Source: Chloroflexota bacterium (GTDB lineage Bacteria > Chloroflexota > Limnocylindria > Limnocylindrales > Limnocylindraceae). Taken from it: a DNA stretch of 64,000 nt. The position numbers were made by a program, and so were the translations under genes. The notes beneath the pieces are model-generated. The model searched no databases, had not been told where the DNA came from, and saw nothing but the letters and a program-made list of their open reading frames with translations. Below are positions 54,879 to 64,000 of the stretch, one piece after another (the first letter of the stretch is position 1; every line of letters starts with the position of its first letter). Location: NCBI GenBank assembly GCA_026389555.1, contig JAPLHQ010000072.1, positions 23,215-87,214 on the forward strand. Direction: 5' to 3'.

Positions 54879-55820
54879 TTAGGCGCGTGGGTGGGCGCGC
54901 TTGTACGCGTCACGGACGTGGCTCCCAAGCAGGTGCGTGTAGAGCTGCGTTGTGGCGATATCAGCGTGCCCGAGCAGTTCTTGGACCACGCGAAGGTCGG
55001 CGCCGCCATCAAGGAGGTGCGTCGCAAACGAGTGGCGCAACGTGTGCGGGTGAATCTCCCTGCCAAGACCAGCGGCGCTCGCGGCGGTCCGGATCGTCGT
55101 CCACGCCGCCTCACGGCGAAGGCGAGCGCCACCACGCGCCAACAGCAGCGCCGATGGCTCAGGGGCTGCGCCGCCGCTTCGAGCGGAAGCGCCAGCATGC
55201 GCCGCGCGTCCTCCGTTTAGATATGTCCGCACCGCATCAGCCGCCGGCTCTCCGATTGGGACCACCCGTTCGCGCCGTCCCTTCCCGAAAAGTCGCACCG
55301 TCCCCTCGGCGAGATCAATCCCATCAAGATTGAGATCCACGATCTCACTGACGCGACCACCAGATCCGTAGAGCAACTCACCAAGTGCGCGCGAGCGCTG
55401 TGCGTCAGCCGCGGCGAGTTCGCCACTGTCACGCGGAGCGGCGAGCGCCACAAGGAGTCGTTCCACTTCGTCTGGTCGCAGCACGGCGGGGAGGCTGCGT
55501 CGCGTGCGCGGCAGATCAATCTCACCACTCAGCGACCGTGTCAGCTCACCCTCTCCCTCTGCAAATCGGTAGAGCACACGGAGCGCTGCGGCGCGGCGAC
55601 GCTTGGTGGAGACAGCAACGTTCGCATCGGCCAGCCACTCCTGCGCCGCCTTCGCGTCGTTGCGCCACGCCTCTCCCGCACCGAGCGATGCGGCAAACGA
55701 ACGGTAGTCGCCACGGTAGGCCTCAAGTGTGCGCGGTGAGAGGTTCCGCTCCACGCTGAGGTAAACGAGACACGACGCAATGATGCGATCGAGCGGGCTA
55801 CTCGACGCCGTGCCGCTCAT
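54879..55820 (-). CDS. xerD: tyrosine site-specific recombinase XerD/XerC family
   Basis: N-terminal SAM-like domain (LVYLSVERNLSPRTLEAYRGD); C-terminal catalytic domain with R..H..R..Y (HTLRHSFATHLLDGGADLRVVQELLGHADIATTQLYTHL). Confidence 0.8.
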   Translation of the reverse strand: MSGTASSSPLDRIIASCLVYLSVERNLSPRTLEAYRGDYRSFAASLGAGEAWRNDAKAAQEWLADANVAVSTKRRRAAALRVLYRFAEGEGELTRSLSGEIDLPRTRRSLPAVLRPDEVERLLVALAAPRDSGELAAADAQRSRALGELLYGSGGRVSEIVDLNLDGIDLAEGTVRLFGKGRRERVVPIGEPAADAVRTYLNGGRAAHAGASARSGGAAPEPSALLLARGGARLRREAAWTTIRTAASAAGLGREIHPHTLRHSFATHLLDGGADLRVVQELLGHADIATTQLYTHLLGSHVRDAYKRAHPRA

Positions 55821-57526
55821 GATCCGTGACGGCCCGCCTTCACCAGCAGCTCGCGTGCAGCCGCCTCAGCTCCACTCCCAGCGCCATCTCCAGCAAGCAT
55901 TGAGGCGAGCTCAGCGACTCGCTCAGCATCGGAGAGGCGTCGCACCTGCGTGATGGTTCGCCCACCCTCCTCGCGCTTCGACACATGCAGGTGCACATCA
56001 GCTTGCGCCGCAACTTGTGGAAGGTGGGTGACACAGAGGACCTGATGCTGTGTGGCGATGCGCTTCAGGCTACGACCGAGCGTCTCACCCGCTCGCCCAC
56101 CGAGCCCAGCATCAATCTCATCAAAGATCAGTGTCCGTCCCTCACTTGCGTCACTGAGCGCCTCCTCCAGCGCGAGGGAGACACGACTCAACTCGCCACC
56201 CGAAGCGATCTTCGCGATGGGGGCGGCGGGCTCACCAGCGTTTGGCGCGAAGAGATACTCCACCTCATCCCCGCCGCTGCGATCAACAAGGCACGGCGCA
56301 CCATCAACAAGTGGATCGTCGCCCCCGCCACGACGAGGTTGGAGGTCAATCTCAAACGTGGGTGGCAGAGCGAGCGCGCTGAGCGCCGTATTCACCGCCT
56401 TCTTCAAGCTGCTCGCTCCTGCAGTTCTTGCAGAACGCAGTTTCAGCGCCAGTGCGCCGATCTGTGCCGCGAGTTCGGCACGCTCCTTAGTGATCGCCCC
56501 CTGACGCGTTACCGCCCCCTCCAGTCGCTGCACTTCAGCAGCGGCCCGCTCCAGCGCTTCAGCAAGACCGGCCTCATCGGTGCGGAACCTTCGCTCAAGC
56601 GAGAGGATCAGGCCGAGTCGCTCCTCAATTTCTGCAACCGGACGCGGCGGAGCTTCAGCGGCGCCACGTCCCGCAACGTCGCGTGCAAGGTCATCAATCT
56701 CAATCGCTAGCGCGCTAATGCGCTCTACTAGTGGCGCTGCACCCTCGTCCAGCTTGCGTAGCTCCCCCGCCGTGCGGTCTAAGAGGCGTGACTGTCCCCG
56801 CATCCCCGAGTCATCGCCATCAAGGAGCTCGAGGATCTCGCCACGGAGCGTCTCAATGCGGTCGCCACTGGATGCGCGGCGCAGCTCTTCGCGGAGCCGC
56901 TCCCCCTCACCAGGCTCAACCGCCGCAGCGAGAAGATCGTCACGCTCGGCACGCGCAATGACGAGCAGCGCCTCGCGACGAGCGCCGTCACCGCCGAGCG
57001 CCTCAAACTCACTCAGAAGGCTCGCCCGCGCCTCAACGAGTGACCCAATCTCTTCACGAAGTGCAAGGCTCTTCGACCAGCGATCAAGCAAATCTCGCTG
57101 ACGGGATCGATCACCGAGCCGCTGCTGATCATGTTGGCCGTGGATTTCAATGCGTGGCGCCACCTCTGCGGCGAGTCGTCCGATCGTGACGAGTTCATCA
57201 TCGATGCGCGCCACAGAGCGACCCTCCGCGTGAACTTCACGGACGATGATCTGCTCGCCACCTTCGCCGCTCATCAGAAGATCCACTCGCAACCGATCCT
57301 CACCAGTACGAATCGCCCCAGCATCTGCACGCGCGCCGCGTGCTAGCGCAAGGGCATCCACGATGAGACTCTTTCCTGCGCCAGTCTCGCCCGTCAGGAC
57401 GGTGAGGCCGGGGCCGAACTCTACGCGTACGGCATCAATGATGGCGAGCCCTGCAACGCCAAGCTCACGAATCTGTGAGCCGCCCGCCGCGCTACCTTTC
57501 GCCGCACTCACTTTCGCCGCACTCAC
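55817..57526 (-). CDS. recN: DNA repair protein RecN
   Basis: LTVLTGETGAGKSLIVDALAL Walker A, coiled-coil, and C-terminal signature/Walker B (LIFDEIDAGLGG). GTG start; the first 10 codons are a 15-nt tandem duplication. Confidence 0.92.
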   Translation of the reverse strand: MSAAKVSAAKGSAAGGSQIRELGVAGLAIIDAVRVEFGPGLTVLTGETGAGKSLIVDALALARGARADAGAIRTGEDRLRVDLLMSGEGGEQIIVREVHAEGRSVARIDDELVTIGRLAAEVAPRIEIHGQHDQQRLGDRSRQRDLLDRWSKSLALREEIGSLVEARASLLSEFEALGGDGARREALLVIARAERDDLLAAAVEPGEGERLREELRRASSGDRIETLRGEILELLDGDDSGMRGQSRLLDRTAGELRKLDEGAAPLVERISALAIEIDDLARDVAGRGAAEAPPRPVAEIEERLGLILSLERRFRTDEAGLAEALERAAAEVQRLEGAVTRQGAITKERAELAAQIGALALKLRSARTAGASSLKKAVNTALSALALPPTFEIDLQPRRGGGDDPLVDGAPCLVDRSGGDEVEYLFAPNAGEPAAPIAKIASGGELSRVSLALEEALSDASEGRTLIFDEIDAGLGGRAGETLGRSLKRIATQHQVLCVTHLPQVAAQADVHLHVSKREEGGRTITQVRRLSDAERVAELASMLAGDGAGSGAEAAARELLVKAGRHGS

Positions 57527-58419
57527 CGCGGAAGGAGGTCAACCTTCTGGCGCACAAGGTCCCAGAAGGGTGCAAGTCCGTCGAGCTCTGCAAAGCGAAT
57601 CGGCGCCGCCGCTGCCGCAACCGTCACGCGATCACCAGGTTCGAGCGGCTCGTCGATCCAGCCATCAATGGAGATCACCGCCTCCTCCCCTGCAACTACG
57701 GTGCAGGTGACGCTCTGATCTCCAGGGACAACAACCGAGCGAAGGGTTGCAAGGTATGCGGCGATCGGCGTGACGATGATGTTGCGGCTCAGCGGATCAA
57801 GGATCGGCCCGCCAGCGGAGAAGGAGTAGCCGGTTGAACCGGTTGGGGACGAGATCACCACGCCATCGGCAATGTAGGTGGCAAGGTGGCTCTCGCCAAT
57901 CGCAACATCAAGGCGCACGACGCGCGGAAGGCGCCCCCGCGCAACCACCACATCATTTAACGCGGTGAAGGTGCGCGTTGCTCCCTTTACGCGATGCACC
58001 ACAGCGCTCAGCGCCATGCGCTCCTGGAGGCGCCACTTCCCGTCAGCGAAGGCCTGCAGCGCCACGGCGAGTTGAAAGCTCTCCGAGCGGGCGAGGAAGC
58101 CGATTTTGCCGAGGTTCACCCCAAGGAGTGGGACGCCATGCGCCGCAACGGCGGCGGCGGCGCGGAGGAAGGTGCCGTCACCACCAAGTGAGAAGAGCAC
58201 CTCGCTCCCAGGGAGAGCGTTAGCGATACTCTCCTGCTCCTCTGCGGCGAAACCCCAGTGCTCGATGCCGTGGGCGGCGCACCAACCGGCGGCCTCATCC
58301 CACGCCTCTAGGGCGAGATCGCTCGTAGGGTTATAGACAAAACCGAAGCGGCGCATGGCGCCATCATCGCATACGAGGAGTGCGCGGTCGCGTACTACGC
58401 CTCGCCGAGCGAGGCGCAC
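57523..58419 (-). CDS. nadK: NAD+ kinase
   Basis: LFSLGGDGTFLRAAAA (GGDG), NDVVV, and the DGVVISSPTGSTGYSFSAGGPIL NAD-kinase signature. Confidence 0.93.
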   Translation of the reverse strand: MRLARRGVVRDRALLVCDDGAMRRFGFVYNPTSDLALEAWDEAAGWCAAHGIEHWGFAAEEQESIANALPGSEVLFSLGGDGTFLRAAAAVAAHGVPLLGVNLGKIGFLARSESFQLAVALQAFADGKWRLQERMALSAVVHRVKGATRTFTALNDVVVARGRLPRVVRLDVAIGESHLATYIADGVVISSPTGSTGYSFSAGGPILDPLSRNIIVTPIAAYLATLRSVVVPGDQSVTCTVVAGEEAVISIDGWIDEPLEPGDRVTVAAAAAPIRFAELDGLAPFWDLVRQKVDLLPR

Positions 58420-58428
58420 GCGGGGTGG

Positions 58429-60426
58429 CTATCGAGCGCGGCGCGCCCCCCATGCGGCGCGGATCTGGCGTTCAATCCCCGCCTCGTCCAGACCGATCAG
58501 CGTACGCAGCGCTGAGACGCTTCCGTGGTCCACGAAGGCGCCGGCTGGAATGCCGATGCTGAGCAGCGTGGCGCTGATCGGCTCGCCTGTTGCCGCCTGA
58601 TCGGCGGCGAGCGACTCAGCTACCGCACCACCAAATCCGCCCGCGGTGACGCTCTCCTCCAGTGTGACGATCATCTTGCTGCTACGACCGAGGCGTCGAT
58701 AGAGCGCGTCATCAATCGGGCTCGCCCAAATTGCGTTGACAACACCGACGGAGAGGCCGGAACTGCGCAGCTGCTCAGCAACGCGAAGACCACGCTGGAC
58801 GATCGGGCCGAAGCCAAGGATCACAATGTCGCTCCCCTCGGCGAGCGTCTCCGCCTTCCCAACCGGGATCGGACGTGGGTCACGCGGAGGGACGCCCTCA
58901 ATACTGTCGCGTGGATAGTGCAACGCAAATGGATGATCCTGCGCAAGTGCCGTACGGACAAGGGCGCGAAGCTCCTGCTCATCCTTTGGTGAAGCGATGA
59001 CGAGTCGCGGGATCTGGCGCTGTGCGGTGAGCGTGAACATCCCTTGATGGCTGGTGCCATCTTCGCCAACCAAGCCGGCACGGTCCACACCGAAGAGCAC
59101 CGGCTGGTCATTCTGGCAGGCGTCATGGACGATCTGGTCCCAGGCGCGCTGTAGGAAGGTTGAGTAGATCGCAACTACGGGCCGACCACCGCCCATTGCG
59201 ATCCCCGTAGCGGTTGCAACGGCGTGCTGCTCTGCGATCCCAACGTCATAGAAGCGATCCGGATATGCCGCGGCAAACTTGTCGAGACCTGTCCCAGTTG
59301 GCATGCCAGCGGTGATCGCCACGATGCGGCGATCGTCTGCAGCGGCGGCGATCACCTCGGCTGCGAAGAGGGCTGTGTAGTTCGGTCGTTTTGGCGCAGG
59401 TGCCTCTGGTACACCGCCACTCTTCCCGTATGAATCTGTTGGGACGCCAACCTCCATCTTCGGCAGCGCTGCGCCGTGGAAGGTGATCGGATCCGCTTCA
59501 GCAGGACGATACCCACGACCCTTCTGCGTGCGCACATGCACGATTACCGGGCCTGGCATGGCGAAGGCGGCGTTGAAGGCCTCCTCCATCTGCACCCGAT
59601 CATGGCCGTCAAGAACGCCAACATAGGTGATCCCAAGATCCTCAAAGAGGCGCCCTGGCTCTTGCGCGAAGGAGACGACGGAGCGTCGCAAGCTCCTTGA
59701 AAGGCGCAGCAGCTTGTCGCCAATGAGAGGAAGGGATCCGACGAACTTGTCGTAACCGCCCTTGCTCCCCCGCCACGTCTTTGAGAGCTTCACCTTGGAA
59801 AGATACGTTGAGATCGCCCCAACGGTTGGGGAGATAGACATCTCGTTGTCGTTCAGGACGATCAGCATCTTGGTCTGACGATGCCCGATGTCATTAAGTG
59901 CTTCCAGGCTGAGCCCGCTCATCAGCGCGGCGTCGCCCACAACCACCGCAATCTTTTCACTTCCGCCGCGCACGTCACGTGCCAACGCAAGGCCTTGCCC
60001 AATAGAGATGCCCGTCCCCGCATGGCCACCATCAAAGACATCGTGTGGCGACTCTGTACGGCGCGGGAAGCCACCGATTCCACCGAGTTGACGCAGGCTT
60101 CCGAATCGCGCGAGGCGACCGGTGAGGAGCTTATGCGGATAGGCCTGATGTCCAGTGTCAAAGACGATGCGATCCACTGGTGATGCCATCACGTGATGGA
60201 GTGCGATCGTCAGTTCGACCACGCCGAGGCTCGGGCCGAGGTGGCCGCCGGTCACCGCGGTGGTTGCGATGATCGCGGTGCGAAGCTGCTCAGCGATCTG
60301 ATTGAGCTCTGCGCCGGAGAGCCCCTTCAGGCCTTCAGGTCCCTCAAGGCGCGCGAGGAGCGAATCAGCGCCGACCGCGCGCAGTGCTACTCCCTCATCC
60401 ACTCCTGGCTTCGTCACTGGACTCAT
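58429..60426 (-). CDS. dxs: 1-deoxy-D-xylulose-5-phosphate synthase
   Basis: GGHLGPSLGVVELTIALH, GDGALMSGLSLEALN (TPP-binding GDG), pyrimidine-binding domain and transketolase C-terminal domain. Confidence 0.95.
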   Translation of the reverse strand: MSPVTKPGVDEGVALRAVGADSLLARLEGPEGLKGLSGAELNQIAEQLRTAIIATTAVTGGHLGPSLGVVELTIALHHVMASPVDRIVFDTGHQAYPHKLLTGRLARFGSLRQLGGIGGFPRRTESPHDVFDGGHAGTGISIGQGLALARDVRGGSEKIAVVVGDAALMSGLSLEALNDIGHRQTKMLIVLNDNEMSISPTVGAISTYLSKVKLSKTWRGSKGGYDKFVGSLPLIGDKLLRLSRSLRRSVVSFAQEPGRLFEDLGITYVGVLDGHDRVQMEEAFNAAFAMPGPVIVHVRTQKGRGYRPAEADPITFHGAALPKMEVGVPTDSYGKSGGVPEAPAPKRPNYTALFAAEVIAAAADDRRIVAITAGMPTGTGLDKFAAAYPDRFYDVGIAEQHAVATATGIAMGGGRPVVAIYSTFLQRAWDQIVHDACQNDQPVLFGVDRAGLVGEDGTSHQGMFTLTAQRQIPRLVIASPKDEQELRALVRTALAQDHPFALHYPRDSIEGVPPRDPRPIPVGKAETLAEGSDIVILGFGPIVQRGLRVAEQLRSSGLSVGVVNAIWASPIDDALYRRLGRSSKMIVTLEESVTAGGFGGAVAESLAADQAATGEPISATLLSIGIPAGAFVDHGSVSALRTLIGLDEAGIERQIRAAWGARRAR

Positions 60427-60701
60427 CCCTCGTCCTCGTCCTCAAGGTCGAGTTCGTCCAGCTCGCCATCTGGGAGAAGCTCCTCTACGCGCAGCCGCGC
60501 GGCATCAAGTTGCTGCTGGGCATGCTGCTGCAGCTTCACGCCGCGCTCAAAACTCGTAACCGCAACTTCAAGTCCGCCATCTTGTGACTCAAGCTGTCCA
60601 ACAACGTCACGTAGTTCGCGCATCGTCTCTTCAAAGCCGCTCGGAAGGTCAGCCGGCGACCCCTTGGTGGAGGCCGACCGCTTAGGACGCTTTGCCGCCA
60701 T
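60423..60701 (-). CDS. xseB: exodeoxyribonuclease VII small subunit
   Basis: FEETMRELRDVVGQLESQDGGLEVAVTSFERGVKLQQHAQQQLDAARLRVEEL. Confidence 0.9.
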   Translation of the reverse strand: MAAKRPKRSASTKGSPADLPSGFEETMRELRDVVGQLESQDGGLEVAVTSFERGVKLQQHAQQQLDAARLRVEELLPDGELDELDLEDEDEG

Positions 60702-61857
60702 CTCGACCCCCCTTTCCGCTCTTCGTCACCTGTGCGCCAATTTCGCCATCGCCGAGCCTTACCCGAATCACGGCTCCAGCTGGCGCCTGTTGCCACGAGC
60801 GTACGAGACTTCCATCACTTCCTTCAACCATCGCATATCCACGAGAGAGAACGGCGAGTGGCGAGAGGGCGCCGAGGAGGATACCCGACTGTCGCACCCC
60901 TGCGAGGGCGTCGCGAAGGTGTCCGCGGACGGCACGGCTCAGGTCATCTGCGGTGAGGGCGAGCCGCTCTTCGGCTCGCTCAAGGCGTGTTGCTGGCCCC
61001 GCCGCAATCAGGGCGCGGCGCTCGCTCTGTAGCGCCGCGGTGGCGCGCGTGATCAGGATCTCCACGGCGTCCCGAGCGCGCGCGGCAAGCTGCAGCGGCA
61101 GTCGACGCACCGCATCAAGGTTCGGCGCGAGGCGCGCCGCACCAATGCTTGGCGTTCCAGCGCGATCGTCGGCAACAAGATCGGCAAGTGTGATGTCAGA
61201 TTCATGCCCAACAGCGGAGAGGACTGGTAGCTCGGAGGCCACAATCGCGCGCAGTACCACTTCGCTGCTGAAGGCGGCAAGGTCGTCGCTCGATCCACCA
61301 CCGCGCGCGAGAAGGATCACCGCCGGCGCATCAGAGCGCCCAGCACGATGTTCGTCTTTCGCCAACTTGTTTGCTCGCTGGATTCCATCGACGATCTCCG
61401 CGGGTGCCGTAGCACCCTGGACGGCGGTGTGGACTAAGACAAGGCGAGATTGAGGCGCTGCATTTCGCAGAACACGCAGCACATCGTGCAAGACGGCGCC
61501 GGATTTTGATGTGACGAGCGCAATACCTTCTGGCGCAACGGGGATGGGACGCTTTCGTGCAGCGTCGAAGAGCCCCTCAGCCTGCAGCCGCTGCTTCAGC
61601 GCCTCCAACTCCTTGGAGAGGAGGCCCATCCCGCCAGGACGGAAGATGGCACTCGCGATCATCTGGTAGCGACTGCGCGGCGCGTAGAGATCGATCCGTC
61701 CAACAAGGAGGACAACCTCCCCTACGACTGGCGTCTCTTCACCCGGTCGGATGCTGCCGCGGAATCGGACGCACTCAAGGGTTGACTCGGCGTCACGAAG
61801 TGTCAGGTACTCGTGGCCTGCTGAGCTGCGCATGCTGCTCTGCACCTCGCCGACCAC
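60682..61857 (-). CDS. xseA: exodeoxyribonuclease VII large subunit
   Basis: N-terminal OB fold (LTLRDAESTLECVRF...GEVVLLVGRIDLYAPRSRYQMIA), catalytic region (VLVHTAVQG...ILLARGGGSSDDL) and C-terminal coiled-coil. Overlaps xseB by 20 nt. Confidence 0.9.
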   Translation of the reverse strand: MVGEVQSSMRSSAGHEYLTLRDAESTLECVRFRGSIRPGEETPVVGEVVLLVGRIDLYAPRSRYQMIASAIFRPGGMGLLSKELEALKQRLQAEGLFDAARKRPIPVAPEGIALVTSKSGAVLHDVLRVLRNAAPQSRLVLVHTAVQGATAPAEIVDGIQRANKLAKDEHRAGRSDAPAVILLARGGGSSDDLAAFSSEVVLRAIVASELPVLSAVGHESDITLADLVADDRAGTPSIGAARLAPNLDAVRRLPLQLAARARDAVEILITRATAALQSERRALIAAGPATRLERAEERLALTADDLSRAVRGHLRDALAGVRQSGILLGALSPLAVLSRGYAMVEGSDGSLVRSWQQAPAGAVIRVRLGDGEIGAQVTKSGKGGRDGGKAS

Positions 61858-61955
61858 CGTGCACGATGAAAGAAGCGGATCCTCTGTGATCTGCGCGCGG
61901 ATTCGCGCAGCAACGTCAGAGACGCTGAGTGCCTCCTCGGGGGATGGCTGCGTGA

Positions 61956-62513
61956 TCAGACGCGCGTCTGATACTCGCCAGTTCGCGTATCAACGCGAAT
62001 CAGGTCGCCAACGCTGACAAAGAGGGGCACCTGCACCACAAGGCCGGTCTCAAGCGTTGCCGCCTTGCGCGCACCGGTCGCCGTATCGCCCGCAAAGCCA
62101 GGATCGGTCTCAGTGACAACGAGGTCAATGTTGATTGGGAGTTCTACCCCGAGTGTCTCCTCCTCGTAGCTGATGCGCTCAAGAATGAGGTTGTCCTTGA
62201 TGTAGTCCTTCGCCTCGCCGAGCTGTTCGCCAGTGATGACGAACTGGTCGTAGTTTGAAGTGTCCATGAAGGTGTAGTCGTTCCCGTCCGAGAAGAGGAA
62301 CTGCGCTGGGCGGCGCTCCAGCGTTGCGCGCGGGAACTTCTCCCCCGCCTGGAAGGTCTTCTCAACGATCGACTGCTTTCGAACGTTGCGGAACTTGATG
62401 CGTACCTGGGCTGAACCGCGTCCAACCTTGATGTGGTGATACTCAAGGATCTGCCAGAGCTCCCCCTCAAGCTCAATGACGACACCCTTCTTTAGTTCGC
62501 CGGTTGAAATCAT
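61956..62513 (-). CDS. efp: elongation factor P
   Basis: MISTGELKKGVVIELEGELWQILEYHHIKVGRGSAQVRIKFRNV (KOW-like domain with the conserved Lys loop, VGRGSA) plus two OB domains. Confidence 0.95.
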   Translation of the reverse strand: MISTGELKKGVVIELEGELWQILEYHHIKVGRGSAQVRIKFRNVRKQSIVEKTFQAGEKFPRATLERRPAQFLFSDGNDYTFMDTSNYDQFVITGEQLGEAKDYIKDNLILERISYEEETLGVELPINIDLVVTETDPGFAGDTATGARKAATLETGLVVQVPLFVSVGDLIRVDTRTGEYQTRV

Positions 62514-62582
62514 CTGGCTCCCCCTCTCTTACGGCCGCACGGCCGCGCGGCCAGGACCCTGTCTTAACGCTCAGTCTAGCCG

Positions 62583-63797
62583 TCAGCCCGTGATCAGGGG
62601 GGCGGAGGGGAAGAGGGTCAGCGTGCGCAGGCTACGCCCCGCAAGGTCAATAGCAACAAGATCCTCAATGCGAATGCCAATCCGGTCCTCCAGATAGATC
62701 CCAGGCTCAACGCTAAAGACGGTTGGCGATGGGAGCGGACGCTCCGATGCACCGCGTGAAAGCGATGGCGCCTCATGCGTCTGCAGGCCGATCCCATGTC
62801 CGAGCCCATGCTCGTAGATCCCTGGCGCGCCAGCCATTGCGGCGCGTGTGATGTTGTCCGCCTCACGTCCAGATGGGAGCGCCGCATCGCCACGCTCTGC
62901 AGCGCTGCGAAGAGCGGAGATCGCCGCCTGCTGGCCATCAAGGACACGCTGATAGAGCGCAAGGTCGTCATCGCTCGCGGAACCAACAAAGAGTGTGCGC
63001 GTCATATCGCTGCGGTACCCCGCAACCTGCGCACCGAAATCAAAGAGTGCCACTTCGCCGTTTTTGAATGGTCGCGCGCCAGGATTTCCGTGTGGCAGCG
63101 CGGCGTTACCTCCAGCGAGTGCCGCAACATCGAAGGCGAGCGCCTCGGCGCCACCCTCACGCATGCCACGCTCAAGGAGCCAGGCGAGCTCCGCCTCCGT
63201 CGCCCCATCCACGATCTTTGGCAGGAGCGCGGCGAGGGCACGGTCGGCAACGGCACACGCGGCGGCAATGCGTTCAATCTCGGTTGCATCCTTTACCGCG
63301 CGTAGCTCGGCGCTCCACCCCTTTGCAGGGACTAGCTCAATCCCTGAACCCGCCGCAACGATGCGCTCCCAGACGGCGTGACGAATGGCGCCAGGATCTG
63401 CGGCGAGCTTCCGTACTCCGTTCGCCGTAGCCCACGCTGCGATCGCCGCGCCCGGATCACTCCCAGGGTCAAGCGGCGTTGCGAGCGTCGCCTCACGGCG
63501 CGCCTGCACCGTATAGCGCGAGTCGGCGAAGATGGCGAAGGCGTCGGACGAAATCAGCAGCCAGCCGCTCACTCCAGCGGTCGGCTCATCATTTGGACCG
63601 AAACAGATCCCGGAGAAGTAGCGCGCGTCGGCATGCGCGGTGAGAAGCACCGCATCAACCCCTTCGCTTCGTGCACGTGCACGGAGTGCGGCGAGGCGTG
63701 CCGGGCGGAGCGCGGCGTCAGCATCGCTCCAGCGCTGCAGCTGCGCAGGGCTTGGTGGGGCGGAGAAATCGGCGGGCTGAGGGAGGCGCACGTTCAT
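62583..63797 (-). CDS. pepP: Xaa-Pro aminopeptidase (M24B family)
   Basis: N-terminal creatinase-like domain and pita-bread catalytic domain (HGLGHGIGLQTHE, GIRIEDLV). Positioned as Bacillus yqhT upstream of efp. Confidence 0.85.
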   Translation of the reverse strand: MNVRLPQPADFSAPPSPAQLQRWSDADAALRPARLAALRARARSEGVDAVLLTAHADARYFSGICFGPNDEPTAGVSGWLLISSDAFAIFADSRYTVQARREATLATPLDPGSDPGAAIAAWATANGVRKLAADPGAIRHAVWERIVAAGSGIELVPAKGWSAELRAVKDATEIERIAAACAVADRALAALLPKIVDGATEAELAWLLERGMREGGAEALAFDVAALAGGNAALPHGNPGARPFKNGEVALFDFGAQVAGYRSDMTRTLFVGSASDDDLALYQRVLDGQQAAISALRSAAERGDAALPSGREADNITRAAMAGAPGIYEHGLGHGIGLQTHEAPSLSRGASERPLPSPTVFSVEPGIYLEDRIGIRIEDLVAIDLAGRSLRTLTLFPSAPLITG

Positions 63798-63801
63798 CTC
63801 G

Positions 63802-64000
63802 CTACTTCCAACCGTACTTGCGCGCCTTCGCCTCGTGTTCGGCGAGCGTCTGACTAAAGTCGTGCCGCCCGTTCGCCCCAGGGATCAAGACGAAGTACAT
63901 CTCCTTCCGACTCGTATCAGGTGTGAGTGCCGCTTCAATGGAGGCGCGTGATGGGGAGCAGATCGGCGTTGGCGGCAGACCACCACGGACAAACGTGTTC
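63802..64000 (-). CDS. C-terminal fragment of an unidentified protein (5' part outside window)
   Basis: Minus-strand frame reads ...NTFVRGGLPPTPICSPSRASIEAALTPDTSRKEMYFVLIPGANGRHDFSQTLAEHEAKARKYGWK* with stop at 63802-63804. No family recognised. Confidence 0.3.
   Translation of the reverse strand, partial: NTFVRGGLPPTPICSPSRASIEAALTPDTSRKEMYFVLIPGANGRHDFSQTLAEHEAKARKYGWK

Noticed and set aside
63802-64000. Calling the 3'-edge partial gene aroQ on the basis of the Bacillus aroQ-yqhT(pepP)-efp synteny
   Set aside because: The C-terminal residues (...MYFVLIPGANGRHDFSQTLAEHEAKARKYGWK) do not resemble the type II dehydroquinase C-terminus (..GLG..GY.LA..YL..), so synteny alone is insufficient.
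1-64000. CRISPR arrays, transposases, integrases, toxin-antitoxin or known defence systems
   Set aside because: No repeat-spacer arrays: the only tandem repeats are 2-3 copies of 15 nt with no spacers. No DDE/serine/tyrosine transposase other than the housekeeping XerD-type recombinase in its conserved scpAB context. No defence-like ATPase/nuclease pairs.

Overview
High-GC (about 68 %) bacterial chromosome segment packed with housekeeping genes in a Firmicutes/Chloroflexi-like order. Both RNase J and RNase Y are present, plus MutS2, CcdA/ResA, and the thrS-infC-rpmI-rplT-pheST, yebC-ruvCAB, tgt-recA-recX-rny and scpAB-xerD-recN-nadK-dxs-xseBA neighbourhoods; the lineage cannot be fixed from sequence alone. 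I can support about 64 CDS and three tRNAs (Val-GAC, Arg-CCU, Pro-GGG). The one accessory-looking locus lies at 43.9-47.6 kb. A type-1 microbial rhodopsin gene with a DTE proton-pump motif, PR/XR-like, has about 56 % GC against about 68 % in its flanks, so it looks horizontally acquired, and it sits next to tRNA-Pro. The tRNA's 5' decamer is triplicated upstream. Divergently upstream lies a co-directional array: DUF4332, a DUF1461/Lit-like membrane protein, a lycopene-cyclase-domain::UbiA-prenyltransferase fusion (resembling what I recall as LbtBC/CrtYf-CrtEb of C50 carotenoid pathways), then moeA-moaC-moaB. No blh/brp retinal-forming oxygenase and no crtB/crtI/crtE are present in the window. 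Other points of interest are an MBL-fold::Rieske [2Fe-2S] fusion protein; an Arg/Gly-rich N-terminal tail on RNase J; a probable AUU start for infC; tgt lacking a canonical start for its conserved N-terminus; miaA-hflX without hfq; and a psuK-psuG pseudouridine catabolism pair. No CRISPR, no obvious defence system and no transposase were seen.
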